Source: Nitrospira sp. (GTDB lineage: Bacteria; Nitrospirota; Nitrospiria; Nitrospirales; Nitrospiraceae). From it: a stretch of 64,000 nt of DNA. Under the pieces are notes generated by a model. It ran no database searches, was not told the DNA's origin, and saw nothing but the letters and a program-made list of their open reading frames with translations. The stretch is taken from contig JAJONL010000002.1 in the NCBI GenBank assembly GCA_021323395.1, positions 12,621-76,620 of the forward strand, in the 5' to 3' direction. Positions 1 to 9,211 of the stretch are shown one piece after another. The translations under genes and the position numbers were made by a program. Each line of letters opens with the position of its first letter. Position 1 is the stretch's first letter.

Positions 1-1962
1 TTTGCCAATATCAACCACGAACTTCGCACACCCCTCACGCTCAGCCTCGGCGCGTTCACCACCCTGTTGAAAACTCCGTTGCCAAAAGAATCAGAGGCCG
101 TCGTGCGGTCGGGCCTGCGGAACACGTCGCGTTTGTTGTTCCTCATCAATGAGCTGCTGGAGCTCGCCCGGTTCGAAAGCGGGCGCGCCGATCTGCGCAC
201 TGCCTGCGTCGATCTGGCCGCCTTGATGAGAAACGTGGCGGCCAATTTTGAATCGTCTGAGCGGCAGCGAATCTTTATTGACGGGACGACCAGCCCCGTG
301 CCGGCGCTGGTCGATGTCCGCAAGATGACCAAGGTCCTCTCGAACTTGCTCATCAATGCCTTCAAATTCAGCGATCCTGAAGAGGGCAAGGTGTGGATGG
401 CGCTGGCGTCCGAGCACACAGAGGTCACCATCACCATCCGGGATAACGGAATCGGCATTCCCGAAAATCAGCTCGATCGTATTTTCGACCGATTTACTCA
501 AGTGGAGGGCCAGGCCACGAGACGATTTGAAGGCAGCGGAATCGGGTTGGCGCTGGCAAAGGAAATCGTGACGCTCCATGGCGGACGGATCGCCGCGCAG
601 AGCACGATCGGGGAAGGATCGACGTTTACCGTGACCCTGCCGCGAGGTGACGTGGAGGCCCTTCCCCTCGTTGCCATCGACGAAGCGGAGGCGCCGGTGC
701 CTCTTCCCTACGGGAAAGACCCGGCGACCGATGGAGAGCCGGAATCGATGCGAGACGCGGCAGATGGTGACCGGCCTATGGTTCTGGTGGTGGATGACAA
801 TGCCGATATGCGGGCCTATCTCACGCGCTTGTTGGCCGACGAGTATCGGGTGATCACCGCCGGTGACGGAGATGACGCATTACAGAAGGCCCGGCGGCTG
901 CCGCCGGCCCTGGTGGTGGCGGATATCATGATGCCCATCATGACCGGACATGATTTGTTGAAGGCGATTCGTTGCGATGACGTCCTGAGCGCGACGCCGG
1001 TTATTTTACTCACGGCTCGAGCGGGAACCGACGCACGCGTGGAGAGCCTGGAGGCGGGAGCGGACGACTATGTGAGCAAGCCCTTCAACGAGGAAGAACT
1101 CCTGGCCAGGATCAAAAATCAATTGCGGATTCATAGTCAGGAACGAGAACTCGAAGCCAAGGCGACTCAGCTGCAACAGCTCTATTCGAAGCTGGAAACC
1201 ACCAACAGGGAACTCCGCGAACTCAGCCTGCGGAAGTCCGAATTTGTGTCGATCGTCTCCCATGACCTGCGAACACCGCTGGCGGCCATCGGCGGCTTCG
1301 TCGACAATCTGCTGGACTGCATCGGCGGACCGCTCACCGACAAACAGCGGAGGTATCTCGACCGAATCAAGAGCAACATCGGTCGGCTGGTTCGGATGAT
1401 TAACGACCTGTTGGACCTGTCCAAAATCGAGGCCGGGACCATGCGGCTCGCCTCCAAGACAGTGGCGATCGCCGACTTGGCCGAAACGGTCGTGGACAAT
1501 CTTCACATGCTGGCACGAGAGAAACATCTTTCCCTACGAACGACCGCCGCGGACAAAGACCTATCGGTGTTCGGGGATCCGGACAAACTCATGCAGGTCC
1601 TGACCAACCTCATTCAGAATGCCTGCAAGTTCACACCTGCCGGCGGCGAGGTGCGGCTCGACATCGAGGCCGGGGAAGCCGGATTCGTCCGACTCTGCGT
1701 GGCCGATACGGGCTGCGGGATCCCGCCGGAAGAAGTACCGCACGTGTTTGAGAAGTTTTATCGGGGGACCTCGTCCCATGGCGATGTGCGCGGGGCCGGT
1801 CTGGGGCTGGCGATTGCGAAGCACTTTGTGGAGCTACAACAGGGCCGCATCTGGGTGGAGAGTGTGCTGGGACAGGGCAGCCGATTTTATCTCACCCTGC
1901 CGCTGGCTCAGCGCGTGAATGCCGAGTTGGAAGCGGTTACGGACCGGCATTGGCCTGTATGA
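1..1962 (+). CDS. Hybrid sensor histidine kinase, HisKA-HATPase-REC-HisKA-HATPase (5' end outside the window)
   Basis: Frame 1 is open from base 1 (FANINHELRTPLT, H-box). It carries N/G boxes (NAFKF, DNGIGI, GSGIGLA), a receiver (VVDDN..ADIMMP..SKPF), a second H-box SHDLRTPL and a second HATPase (NACKF, DTGCGI, GAGLGLA). Confidence 0.92.
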   Translation, partial: FANINHELRTPLTLSLGAFTTLLKTPLPKESEAVVRSGLRNTSRLLFLINELLELARFESGRADLRTACVDLAALMRNVAANFESSERQRIFIDGTTSPVPALVDVRKMTKVLSNLLINAFKFSDPEEGKVWMALASEHTEVTITIRDNGIGIPENQLDRIFDRFTQVEGQATRRFEGSGIGLALAKEIVTLHGGRIAAQSTIGEGSTFTVTLPRGDVEALPLVAIDEAEAPVPLPYGKDPATDGEPESMRDAADGDRPMVLVVDDNADMRAYLTRLLADEYRVITAGDGDDALQKARRLPPALVVADIMMPIMTGHDLLKAIRCDDVLSATPVILLTARAGTDARVESLEAGADDYVSKPFNEEELLARIKNQLRIHSQERELEAKATQLQQLYSKLETTNRELRELSLRKSEFVSIVSHDLRTPLAAIGGFVDNLLDCIGGPLTDKQRRYLDRIKSNIGRLVRMINDLLDLSKIEAGTMRLASKTVAIADLAETVVDNLHMLAREKHLSLRTTAADKDLSVFGDPDKLMQVLTNLIQNACKFTPAGGEVRLDIEAGEAGFVRLCVADTGCGIPPEEVPHVFEKFYRGTSSHGDVRGAGLGLAIAKHFVELQQGRIWVESVLGQGSRFYLTLPLAQRVNAELEAVTDRHWPV

Positions 1963-2539
1963 ACAGCGCCTGCTCCAGCGTGCGAAAGAACTGTTGGTAG
2001 GGCTCCGGCGATTCGATGGCCTTGAGATAATATTGCGCGCTGGCGCGGACCACGAGCTGTTTCTCTCCGCGCGGCCGAACGGTGGCGGTGAGGCGGACGA
2101 GATCGCTCCGGTGGTAGAAGGCTCCCCAACTGCGAAACTGCCTGGTGAGGATCAGCAGGCCGTCATCCCGGTACACATAATAAGAGGGGTCGCCCCATTG
2201 TGGCCCTTCATAATCGTCGAACTTCTTGCCGGAGACAATGCCGAGTTCTTCATCCAAGACTTCCACGGCGAACCCGAGATCTTGAAATGTCGCGACCACC
2301 GCCTGAATGGTTTTGGGGCGATCCGTCGTATCGAACACCCGGCTTTGAGCCGCACGCACCTTCACCTGACTGGCTTCGGACAACCAGATCTGGTCGCGCG
2401 ACTCCCATTGGTTCTCGTGGCGCCATTCATAGGGCGAGCAGCCGCTCGCTGCGCCTGCGAAGGCGAGGAGGCCGGCCAGGAACAGGCTCCTGGGAAAGCG
2501 GGACAACCGGCAGATGACCCGGACGGACCTCGTCGTCAC
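1937..2539 (-). CDS. Lipoprotein, paralogue 3 of the QDLGF family
   Basis: Lipobox AASGC; AQSRVFD..QDLGF and C-terminal IESPEPYQQFF..LF motifs shared with the two upstream genes. Confidence 0.8.
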   Translation of the reverse strand: MTTRSVRVICRLSRFPRSLFLAGLLAFAGAASGCSPYEWRHENQWESRDQIWLSEASQVKVRAAQSRVFDTTDRPKTIQAVVATFQDLGFAVEVLDEELGIVSGKKFDDYEGPQWGDPSYYVYRDDGLLILTRQFRSWGAFYHRSDLVRLTATVRPRGEKQLVVRASAQYYLKAIESPEPYQQFFRTLEQALFIQANAGP

Positions 2540-2542
2540 GCC

Positions 2543-2977
2543 CTAATCCTTCGTCAGAAACAATGAGCGTTCCACCGATGCAAAAAAGTTCTGATAGACC
2601 TTGGGGTCTTCGATGGGCTTGTTGTTATAGATGGCATTCGCCCGAATCAGCGTCTTCCCCTCCTCTTGTGGACGCACGGTGACCGTCACGCCGAGCACGT
2701 CATAGTAGTTCGGCTCGGCGAACCTGGCCGCGGTCACCAGTCCCAGCGGTTCATTGGCGCGCTCGATGATGAACCCCAAGTCTTGCAGCGCCGCAATCAC
2801 GCCGCGCATGGCGACCGTGCGGTCCTTGACTTCGAAGGCGCGGCTTTGGGCGCTTCGGATTTTCATCTGGGCATCGGTCGGAGTAAAGAGTTCTTTGCGC
2901 GGTTCCGGCGCCGTGCAGCCGTACAGCATCAGGCACAGCAGAAACACTCCAGTCCCAGACACTTGTGTCAGACTCAT
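2543..2977 (-). CDS. Lipoprotein, paralogue 2 of the QDLGF family
   Basis: Lipobox LYGC; AQSRAFE..ALQDLGF; IEDPKVYQNFF..LF; 3-nt gap to the next gene. Confidence 0.82.
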   Translation of the reverse strand: MSLTQVSGTGVFLLCLMLYGCTAPEPRKELFTPTDAQMKIRSAQSRAFEVKDRTVAMRGVIAALQDLGFIIERANEPLGLVTAARFAEPNYYDVLGVTVTVRPQEEGKTLIRANAIYNNKPIEDPKVYQNFFASVERSLFLTKD

Positions 2978-2989
2978 GGTTCCTCGCAG

Positions 2990-3637
2990 TTAAATCGTGT
3001 GCGGCTCCAAGAACACGGCCTTCGACAGCTTCGCGAAAAATTGCTGGTAAATTTCCGGATCGCGGATCATTTCCATTTTTTGTTCGCCCGGCGGGATATA
3101 ATTGCGATCGGCCTGCCCTTCCCCCTTCCAGAGCGCCCGATAAAACATGATCCGAACCTCCCGACGGGTGCCGTCCTGGTTCAACGGACGTGTCACAATC
3201 GTCGCGGCAACCTTCTGATGCAAGTCCACCGGCATGATGAGGTGTCCGAGCGAGAGGAGCCAGACAAAAATCCGGTTGAGATATTGACCATACTCGCGCG
3301 CGCTGCGTTCCTTGGCGGCGCGAAGAAAACCAACTTCCCGCACACTTTCCTCCACTTGAAAGCCCAGATCCTGCAACGCGGCCGCCGATGCCGACAACAG
3401 CTCCTTATCATTGGCCGTGTCAAAAAACCGGGTTTGCATCGCCCGGTTGGCAGTACTCTCCGGCGTCAGCTGGAATAACTCCGCCGGCTGTGTCGGCTGC
3501 CGCAGGCAGCCGGTCGCGAGAAGAGGCAATGCCAGACTCAGCACAATGCCCACGAGCAGGTCCGTCGCCGGTCGATCCGGCCTGTCAGAATTGTGTGGAA
3601 TTATAGGCAAAGTCCCGGACCTTCTTCTCTTCGTCAT
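2990..3637 (-). CDS. Lipoprotein, paralogue 1 of the QDLGF family (start uncertain)
   Basis: Lipobox LATGC; MQTRFFD..ALQDLGF; IRDPEIYQQFF..VF. Start set at ATG 3637, which overlaps the upstream gene by about 50 nt. Confidence 0.78.
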   Translation of the reverse strand: MTKRRRSGTLPIIPHNSDRPDRPATDLLVGIVLSLALPLLATGCLRQPTQPAELFQLTPESTANRAMQTRFFDTANDKELLSASAAALQDLGFQVEESVREVGFLRAAKERSAREYGQYLNRIFVWLLSLGHLIMPVDLHQKVAATIVTRPLNQDGTRREVRIMFYRALWKGEGQADRNYIPPGEQKMEMIRDPEIYQQFFAKLSKAVFLEPHTI

Positions 3638-3986
3638 ATTTGATGATGATGGTGAGGGTGCGCTGCCGCTGGGAACTTGAACGGTCGCTGGCATTGGTTC
3701 CCAGGATGATCAGGCCGGCATAGGAGGAACTTGCTGTATCGACGCGATCAGTGGATACCTTATCGTAAATCCAGACTTCACGGCGTTTATCGTCGGTGGT
3801 CACGATATTCGGAGAGCCCAGGAGTTCCGCCACATGCGCGGCCGACATCCCCACTTTGACTTCGCCTTGCACACGGCCGACGGTCAACCGTTCTTCCTTG
3901 ATTTCTGCTTGTTTCCCACCGCAACCGTTCCACCCCATCACCATACAGAGTCCCGCCAGCATCAGTCCGCGCCGCATCTGTGTCAT
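3585..3986 (-). CDS. SmpA/OmlA (BamE-like) outer-membrane lipoprotein
   Basis: Lipobox WNGC; VKVGMSAAHVAELLGSP..EVWIY..IIIKYDEEKKVRDF matches the BamE/SmpA pattern; RBS GGAGA upstream. Confidence 0.72.
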   Translation of the reverse strand: MTQMRRGLMLAGLCMVMGWNGCGGKQAEIKEERLTVGRVQGEVKVGMSAAHVAELLGSPNIVTTDDKRREVWIYDKVSTDRVDTASSSYAGLIILGTNASDRSSSQRQRTLTIIIKYDEEKKVRDFAYNSTQF

Positions 3987-4184
3987 TGTGTGTCTCCCTT
4001 TCTATCCGTCTCCCGGCCATGCTCCAACGTGGGCCCATGTTACCTTGTCGCTCCGCTCGACGCAAAGGCCGAATCGTCCGGCCGGAGGATTGAACCCCGG
4101 CGGTCGATGCGACACATGAGGTTGGGACCGTGAAGTCTGGACAATTACCGAAGAGCCGCTACAATGTCCTTACGCGGAGAGTGT

Positions 4185-4697
4185 ATGTCCCTATCGGATG
4201 ACCTGTCGGATGAAGAGGTCCGGGCGGCTTGGAAAAAGTTGGCTGATGAGGTACGCACAGGCGTCTTACTGACCCTGCGGGACGGCCATCCGTTTGGCTC
4301 TCATGTTCCCTATCTATTCGGGAACGACTGGTCACGCGTGTATCTTCATCTCAGTCGGTTGGCATTGCACACGCAACACCTCACGGCGGATCCACGCGTC
4401 AGCCTGTTTATTGCCGAGCCGGACAAGCCGGCCAAGAATCCGTTGGCGTTGCAACGTTTCAATTTGCAAGGCGACGCCCTGATTCTGTCGCCCACCGATG
4501 CCTCCTACGAATCCGTTAAACAGCGTTACGTGGCGAAGTTTCCACAGTCACAAATGATGTTCGGATTCGGGGATTTCTCCCTGTGGGAACTACGCATGCG
4601 GGATGCCCACCTCGTACTGGGATTCGGTCAGGCTTATCAAGCTCACTCATCCGTTCCGGAACAGTGGCGACACCAGAAACCCGAAAAAAAGACGTGA
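4185..4697 (+). CDS. Pyridoxamine 5'-phosphate oxidase-like split-barrel protein (HugZ/HutZ-like, FMN or heme binding)
   Basis: GHPFGSHVPY, LSRLALHTQHL..DPRVSL, FGDFSLW, LVLGFGQAY; GGAGAG RBS before ATG 4185. Confidence 0.8.
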   Translation: MSLSDDLSDEEVRAAWKKLADEVRTGVLLTLRDGHPFGSHVPYLFGNDWSRVYLHLSRLALHTQHLTADPRVSLFIAEPDKPAKNPLALQRFNLQGDALILSPTDASYESVKQRYVAKFPQSQMMFGFGDFSLWELRMRDAHLVLGFGQAYQAHSSVPEQWRHQKPEKKT

Positions 4698-4861
4698 TCA
4701 TCTGCCGGCCTTCCGGCTGCGTGTTCCCCGCCGATCCCCATCAGAAACTCCCACGGCCCCTCAAAAGCACTAGCCCCTCGACCGAATGACGAATGGCGGC
4801 TCTGAAACGGGGCGCAGTACTCTGCGCAAGGTCACAGGGTCCCACCGAAAGGATCTCATAC

Positions 4862-5302
4862 ATGGTTCTCGCGGTCTCAGCCATTCTCGGCTACATGCTC
4901 TTGCTGACCGGTCTCGCCGTCGCGTCTCCGGGCGCCGGATTTGCCGGCGCGCTGATCTCGTTCGTGCCGGAGAGCTGGCGGGATTGGGCGCACGTACCCG
5001 CCTATGGGATGCTGACGTGGTTGGCCATTCACGGCTTCTGTCGGCGCGGTTGGCCCCTCCGCTATGCCCTGCTGTGCGGCATCCTGCTGACGACGGTGTT
5101 TGGGTTGTGGACGGAAGTGGCACAAGGATTCGCCCCGGGTCGCGAAACCTCGCTGCAAGATCTCTTAAGCGATACGGCCGGGGGGATGATGGCCGGCGTC
5201 ATGGTATTGGCACAATACAGGCAGTTCCGTGGCGCCTCACTTTACAAATGGCCGCGGGCCACCGGCCTTCGAGAGCTGATGAAAGGAACCCCGTCACGAT
5301 GA
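4862..5302 (+). CDS. VanZ-like membrane protein
   Basis: Hydrophobic segments; AHVPAYG and TEVAQGFAPGRETSLQDLLSD match the VanZ H..Y / E..Q....R.....D pattern. Confidence 0.78.
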   Translation: MVLAVSAILGYMLLLTGLAVASPGAGFAGALISFVPESWRDWAHVPAYGMLTWLAIHGFCRRGWPLRYALLCGILLTTVFGLWTEVAQGFAPGRETSLQDLLSDTAGGMMAGVMVLAQYRQFRGASLYKWPRATGLRELMKGTPSR

Positions 5303-5640
5303 ATTCAGCCTATCGTGAGCGTGAAGCCCGCCGCATTCCGGCGCAATGCCCCATTTATTATTCCAATGGAACCTTTCAAACGATTGGCGTCACCGAAGAT
5401 ATCACGACCTCAGGCGGGCGTATTCGAGGTCCAGAGCTGGTCACGGTCGGGATGGAACTGGTCGTCATTGTCATTCAACCAGCGCCGGACATTCCCATGA
5501 TGATTCGACGAGGCACCGTACGATGGGCGAAAGGTAAAGAATTCGGCATCGCGCTGGCAGACGTGCCTCCGCAATCGGAATCCGAACTCAAAGCCATGGC
5601 GAAGGTCATGCTTCCCGGGTTGTGGTCCTGTCTGAACTAA
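5299..5640 (+). CDS. Stand-alone PilZ domain protein
   Basis: RxxxR (REARR) and DxT/SxxG (DITTSG) motifs, VRW..EFGI; ATGA overlap with the VanZ stop. Confidence 0.82.
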   Translation: MNSAYREREARRIPAQCPIYYSNGTFQTIGVTEDITTSGGRIRGPELVTVGMELVVIVIQPAPDIPMMIRRGTVRWAKGKEFGIALADVPPQSESELKAMAKVMLPGLWSCLN

Positions 5641-5673
5641 GCCTTCAATCGCGAGACTCGCTCGCCGACCCTC

Positions 5674-5796
5674 TTATTTTCGATGTGAATGGTCTATCGG
5701 ATGTCGCCCCCCCGCAAAGAACAACTCCATCAACACGAAGAACATCATGAGAAGGGCGCCGAGCCCGATTGCCACGACCCAGTTTTCCCAGGACAT
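5674..5796 (-). CDS. 40-aa single-pass membrane protein
   Basis: AGGAGG 7 nt before ATG 5796; MSWENWVVAIGLGALLMMFFVLMELFFAGGRHPIDHSHRK. Confidence 0.6.
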   Translation of the reverse strand: MSWENWVVAIGLGALLMMFFVLMELFFAGGRHPIDHSHRK

Positions 5797-5852
5797 GATC
5801 GACCTCCTATGACGGCCCTGGGAGTCACCCACTCGACTCCCAGGGTGGTCGG

Positions 5853-6803
5853 TTATCTGCCGGAACGATGCAACTGCAAGAGTGTCTCGAGTTTCCAAAT
5901 CGGAATGCTCTCGACGTCGCTCCTTCGGGTGCCGAACGCCAGGCCACCGAAGAACAGAGTAATCAACGCCAGACAGGCCAGGATCAAGGATCCCCGAGAG
6001 ACATCGGCCGACGCGGTCGTGTGATATGCGACTCGGGGGCGTTCAGCCGGCATCTCCTCTAACCGGGCTAACTGTTGTTCTGTCGAGGCTTCTGTCCGGA
6101 GCGCCGCCATGGCCGCACTGGCGAGTTGAGCCTGCTCTGTAGCTTTCGCAACTCCATAAAATTCCTGCGCCCGCGTGACCTGCACGACCGCCCTGCCGAT
6201 CCGCTCCTGCACGGCGGTCGCGAGACGATCCTCCTCTTGGGACGCTTCGACAATAGACCGGCCGAGCGTCCCCTGCCTGGTCGCCTCGAATTGATCATGC
6301 ATGCGTTGCCCCATCAGTTCGGCAGTGCGGATCAGATTGCTGTTGAAATCGCTGGCATACTGATCAGCAGAAAGAATTCCGTTCCGGATGCCGCGGCGGG
6401 TTTGATTCACAACGGCTTTGCCCATGACGAACTGCATACGAGCCTGGTGGTCGGCTTCCTGTCCAAACGCCGATAATTCCGCCAACACCAGCGGACTCAA
6501 CAGGTCGGAAGATATCCGCTGATATTCACCGACGGCGCGATTCAGTTCCATCGCGGAGGCTGATACTGCTGTCCCCGCATGGCGATCGAGCAGAATATCT
6601 TGAAGAATGGCCTGACCCAGCACCGGTTGTAAGTACTCCATCCCGTTGGATGGCTCGCTGCTGACTGTGGCAGTGGTCATGACGCCGACTGAAGAAATCT
6701 GCCAAAATCCGTCCGCGGCACTGACAATGAGATATCCTCCAAACAAGGTGGCGACCAATCCGACGGCCGTCATGACATCAACGTGGTCAAATTTTCGTCC
6801 CAT
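5853..6803 (-). CDS. Hypothetical protein with N- and C-terminal membrane helices and an Ala/Gln-rich helical core
   Basis: Long ORF; GGAGGAGG RBS before ATG 6803; hydrophobic stretches at both ends. Confidence 0.75.
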   Translation of the reverse strand: MGRKFDHVDVMTAVGLVATLFGGYLIVSAADGFWQISSVGVMTTATVSSEPSNGMEYLQPVLGQAILQDILLDRHAGTAVSASAMELNRAVGEYQRISSDLLSPLVLAELSAFGQEADHQARMQFVMGKAVVNQTRRGIRNGILSADQYASDFNSNLIRTAELMGQRMHDQFEATRQGTLGRSIVEASQEEDRLATAVQERIGRAVVQVTRAQEFYGVAKATEQAQLASAAMAALRTEASTEQQLARLEEMPAERPRVAYHTTASADVSRGSLILACLALITLFFGGLAFGTRRSDVESIPIWKLETLLQLHRSGR

Positions 6804-7558
6804 TACGCCCTCCTCCCTGCCTCGGGTAGTTCGGCGCGCGGCAAACAGGCAGGGTGCCATCGCGTCTGAATCCGTCACTACAACCTTCCTGACGTCTGTT
6901 CATAAAGACGACCTCCTCTGGCGTAAGATGAACGGACAACGGTGAGCAGGATCGTGAGAAAGCCCACCGAGGCTGACTGTCCGGATACCGCTCGCGCTCT
7001 GACGCATAGGACGTGCGGGCGCGCTTTTACCCGGATCGTTTGGCGTTGCTACGGGGAGGGAAGAGGAATGTGTTGAGTTTCGCTTATGTGGGTGCTGAGG
7101 AGTCGAACATATGGCAACTGAACAGGCAAGACTGGCTTGGTCGGAGCGGCGGTCATATTCGCCACGGAAGACCATGCGACCACCTGCGTAAAGGACGGCA
7201 CCGAGTCCTGAATCAGTCTACGCTTCGGTCAAAATGCGGTCAATACAGGAAGAGATGAATGTGGGCGCGGGATGCCGCCGATCGTCCATTCGGCAGCGAA
7301 GGAGAATGCTGTTCGCTGTGGCCGATCCAACCGAAAGGCATGGCCACGCCGCAACCCCGATCACGCGCTGCTTCCGGCGCGTCCAGCGGAAGCGGTTCCT
7401 TCGGCGGACCTCCCGCAAGAAGATAGGTAAGTGCTGCCGACCTTTCCAGCGAATTCGCTCGATTGAGCCACGAAACGTGATCTGACTCTCCACCGGCGCC
7501 GCGGCAGTTCGGCAGGGCACGGTTGAATCTCTTCCGATCTTTCGTTAAGTTACGAGCA

Positions 7559-9193
7559 ATGACCATCTGCCGCGCACGCCTCATCCTGCTTGCCTGCGCG
7601 AGCGGTCTCCTCTATCCCCTGTCATTTCCGGCCTTCGACCTCGGCGCACTGGCATGGGTCGCGCTGGTGCCGCTCCACATTGCGGTGGAATATGTCGCGC
7701 CTGGTCGCGCCTTCCGCTTTGGATGGCTTGCGGGGACTCTCGCCTTCACCGGTTCCATGTTCTGGGTCATTACTGCCATGAACATGTACGGCAAGGTGCC
7801 ACTCCCGATCGCGGCGCTGGTCATGCTGTTGTTGACGGTGTATCTGGGTCTTTATGTAGCTATCTACGCCGGCGGACTCTCCTGGATCAGAACCGCCTTC
7901 CCGACGCTCGGGTTTCTTCCCGCGCCCTTTCTCTGGGTCACGTTGGAACTGATCCGTACCTACTTTCTCTCGGGCCTGCCCTGGGCGCTATTTGGATATT
8001 CCCAATACCAGTGGCTGCCGATCATTCAGCTGGCCGACCATTTCGGGGTGTACGGCGTTTCTTTTCTGCTCGTGCTCGTGAATGCGGCGCTCGCGGAAAC
8101 GATCATCTGGAGCATCAAAGCCTATCGCGGGTTCCAAATTCGCTCGTTTCCCTGGCCTTCTTTCGTTGCCGCCGGGGCAGGATTCGGCGTGGCGCTGCTG
8201 TATGGCACCACGTTATTGGCGACCGCCGACCATACTCCCACCCGGACCCTGTCCATTGGCGTCGTCCAACCCAACGTCGAACAGGCACAAAAATGGGATG
8301 TCGCCTTCCGGCAGGAAACAATGGCACGCTACGATCGTCTCACCGCCGGATTGGGCGATGACCTGGATCTCATCATCTGGCCGGAAGCGGCGACACCCTT
8401 CGTCTTTGAAATGGAACCACAGTATCGCGCGGTCGTGAACGGTATGGCACACCGTGCCGGCGCACCCCTGCTCTTTGGCAGCCCGGCCTTGCGTCGGCAT
8501 CCCGACGGGCGCCCCTTCCTGCTGAACAGTGCCTATCTCCTCGCCACGGACGGTCAGATTCTCGGGCGTTACGACAAGCAACATCTCGTCCCGTTCGGCG
8601 AATACATTCCCTTCCATCACTCCCTCTTGTTCTTCCTCGATAAGCTGGTGGAGGGGATCGGCGACTTTGAGGCGGGTCCCGGATCGACCTTGTTGATGTA
8701 CAAACCGCGCGAGAAGGCGCCCCCGATGGTGGCGGCCGCGACCGTCCCGGATTTTCATGTGAAGTTCGGCGTGGTCATTTGCTACGAAGTCATTTTCCCG
8801 AATCTGGTACGGCAGTTCGCTGCGAACGGCGCGGACTTCATGGTCACGATCACCAATGATGCCTGGTTCGGACCTTCGTCCGCGCCCTATCAGCATTTCG
8901 GCATGGTGGTCTTTCGCGCAGTGGAAAATCGCGTCGCGTTCGCGCGGGCGGCCAACACAGGCATTTCCGGTTTCATCGATCCCTATGGCCGCATCTTGCA
9001 ACAGTCTTCCATCTTCACGCAGGAAGCCCTGACGCAGACCATCACCGTCGGCCATCAACCGACCTTTTACGCGCGATACGGTGATCTCTTTGCTTATGCC
9101 TGTGTTATACTCACCGCGCTTTTGTGCCTGACCGGGTTTTTTTCCCACGATACCGAACCGGCCGGAGGTGAACCGGCCGGTCGAGCAGCCTGA
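7559..9193 (+). CDS. lnt: Apolipoprotein N-acyltransferase
   Basis: Multi-TM N-terminus; nitrilase triad motifs WPEAA, YDKQHLVPFGEY, ICYEVIFP; TNDAWFG; RAANTGIS. Confidence 0.95.
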   Translation: MTICRARLILLACASGLLYPLSFPAFDLGALAWVALVPLHIAVEYVAPGRAFRFGWLAGTLAFTGSMFWVITAMNMYGKVPLPIAALVMLLLTVYLGLYVAIYAGGLSWIRTAFPTLGFLPAPFLWVTLELIRTYFLSGLPWALFGYSQYQWLPIIQLADHFGVYGVSFLLVLVNAALAETIIWSIKAYRGFQIRSFPWPSFVAAGAGFGVALLYGTTLLATADHTPTRTLSIGVVQPNVEQAQKWDVAFRQETMARYDRLTAGLGDDLDLIIWPEAATPFVFEMEPQYRAVVNGMAHRAGAPLLFGSPALRRHPDGRPFLLNSAYLLATDGQILGRYDKQHLVPFGEYIPFHHSLLFFLDKLVEGIGDFEAGPGSTLLMYKPREKAPPMVAAATVPDFHVKFGVVICYEVIFPNLVRQFAANGADFMVTITNDAWFGPSSAPYQHFGMVVFRAVENRVAFARAANTGISGFIDPYGRILQQSSIFTQEALTQTITVGHQPTFYARYGDLFAYACVILTALLCLTGFFSHDTEPAGGEPAGRAA

Positions 9194-9211
9194 TAGAGAA
9201 AGGAACGCGCC

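Noticed and set aside
4055-4090. GACGCAAAG resembling part of a c-di-GMP-I riboswitch (similar at about 17215-17250)
   Set aside because: No correctly placed GAAA-capped P2 stem, receptor or P1 pairing.
4070-4140. GGTTCAATCC T-loop-like hairpin on the minus strand (possible tRNA or att fragment)
   Set aside because: Acceptor stem only 5/7, spacing too short, no D-loop GG and no CCA end.
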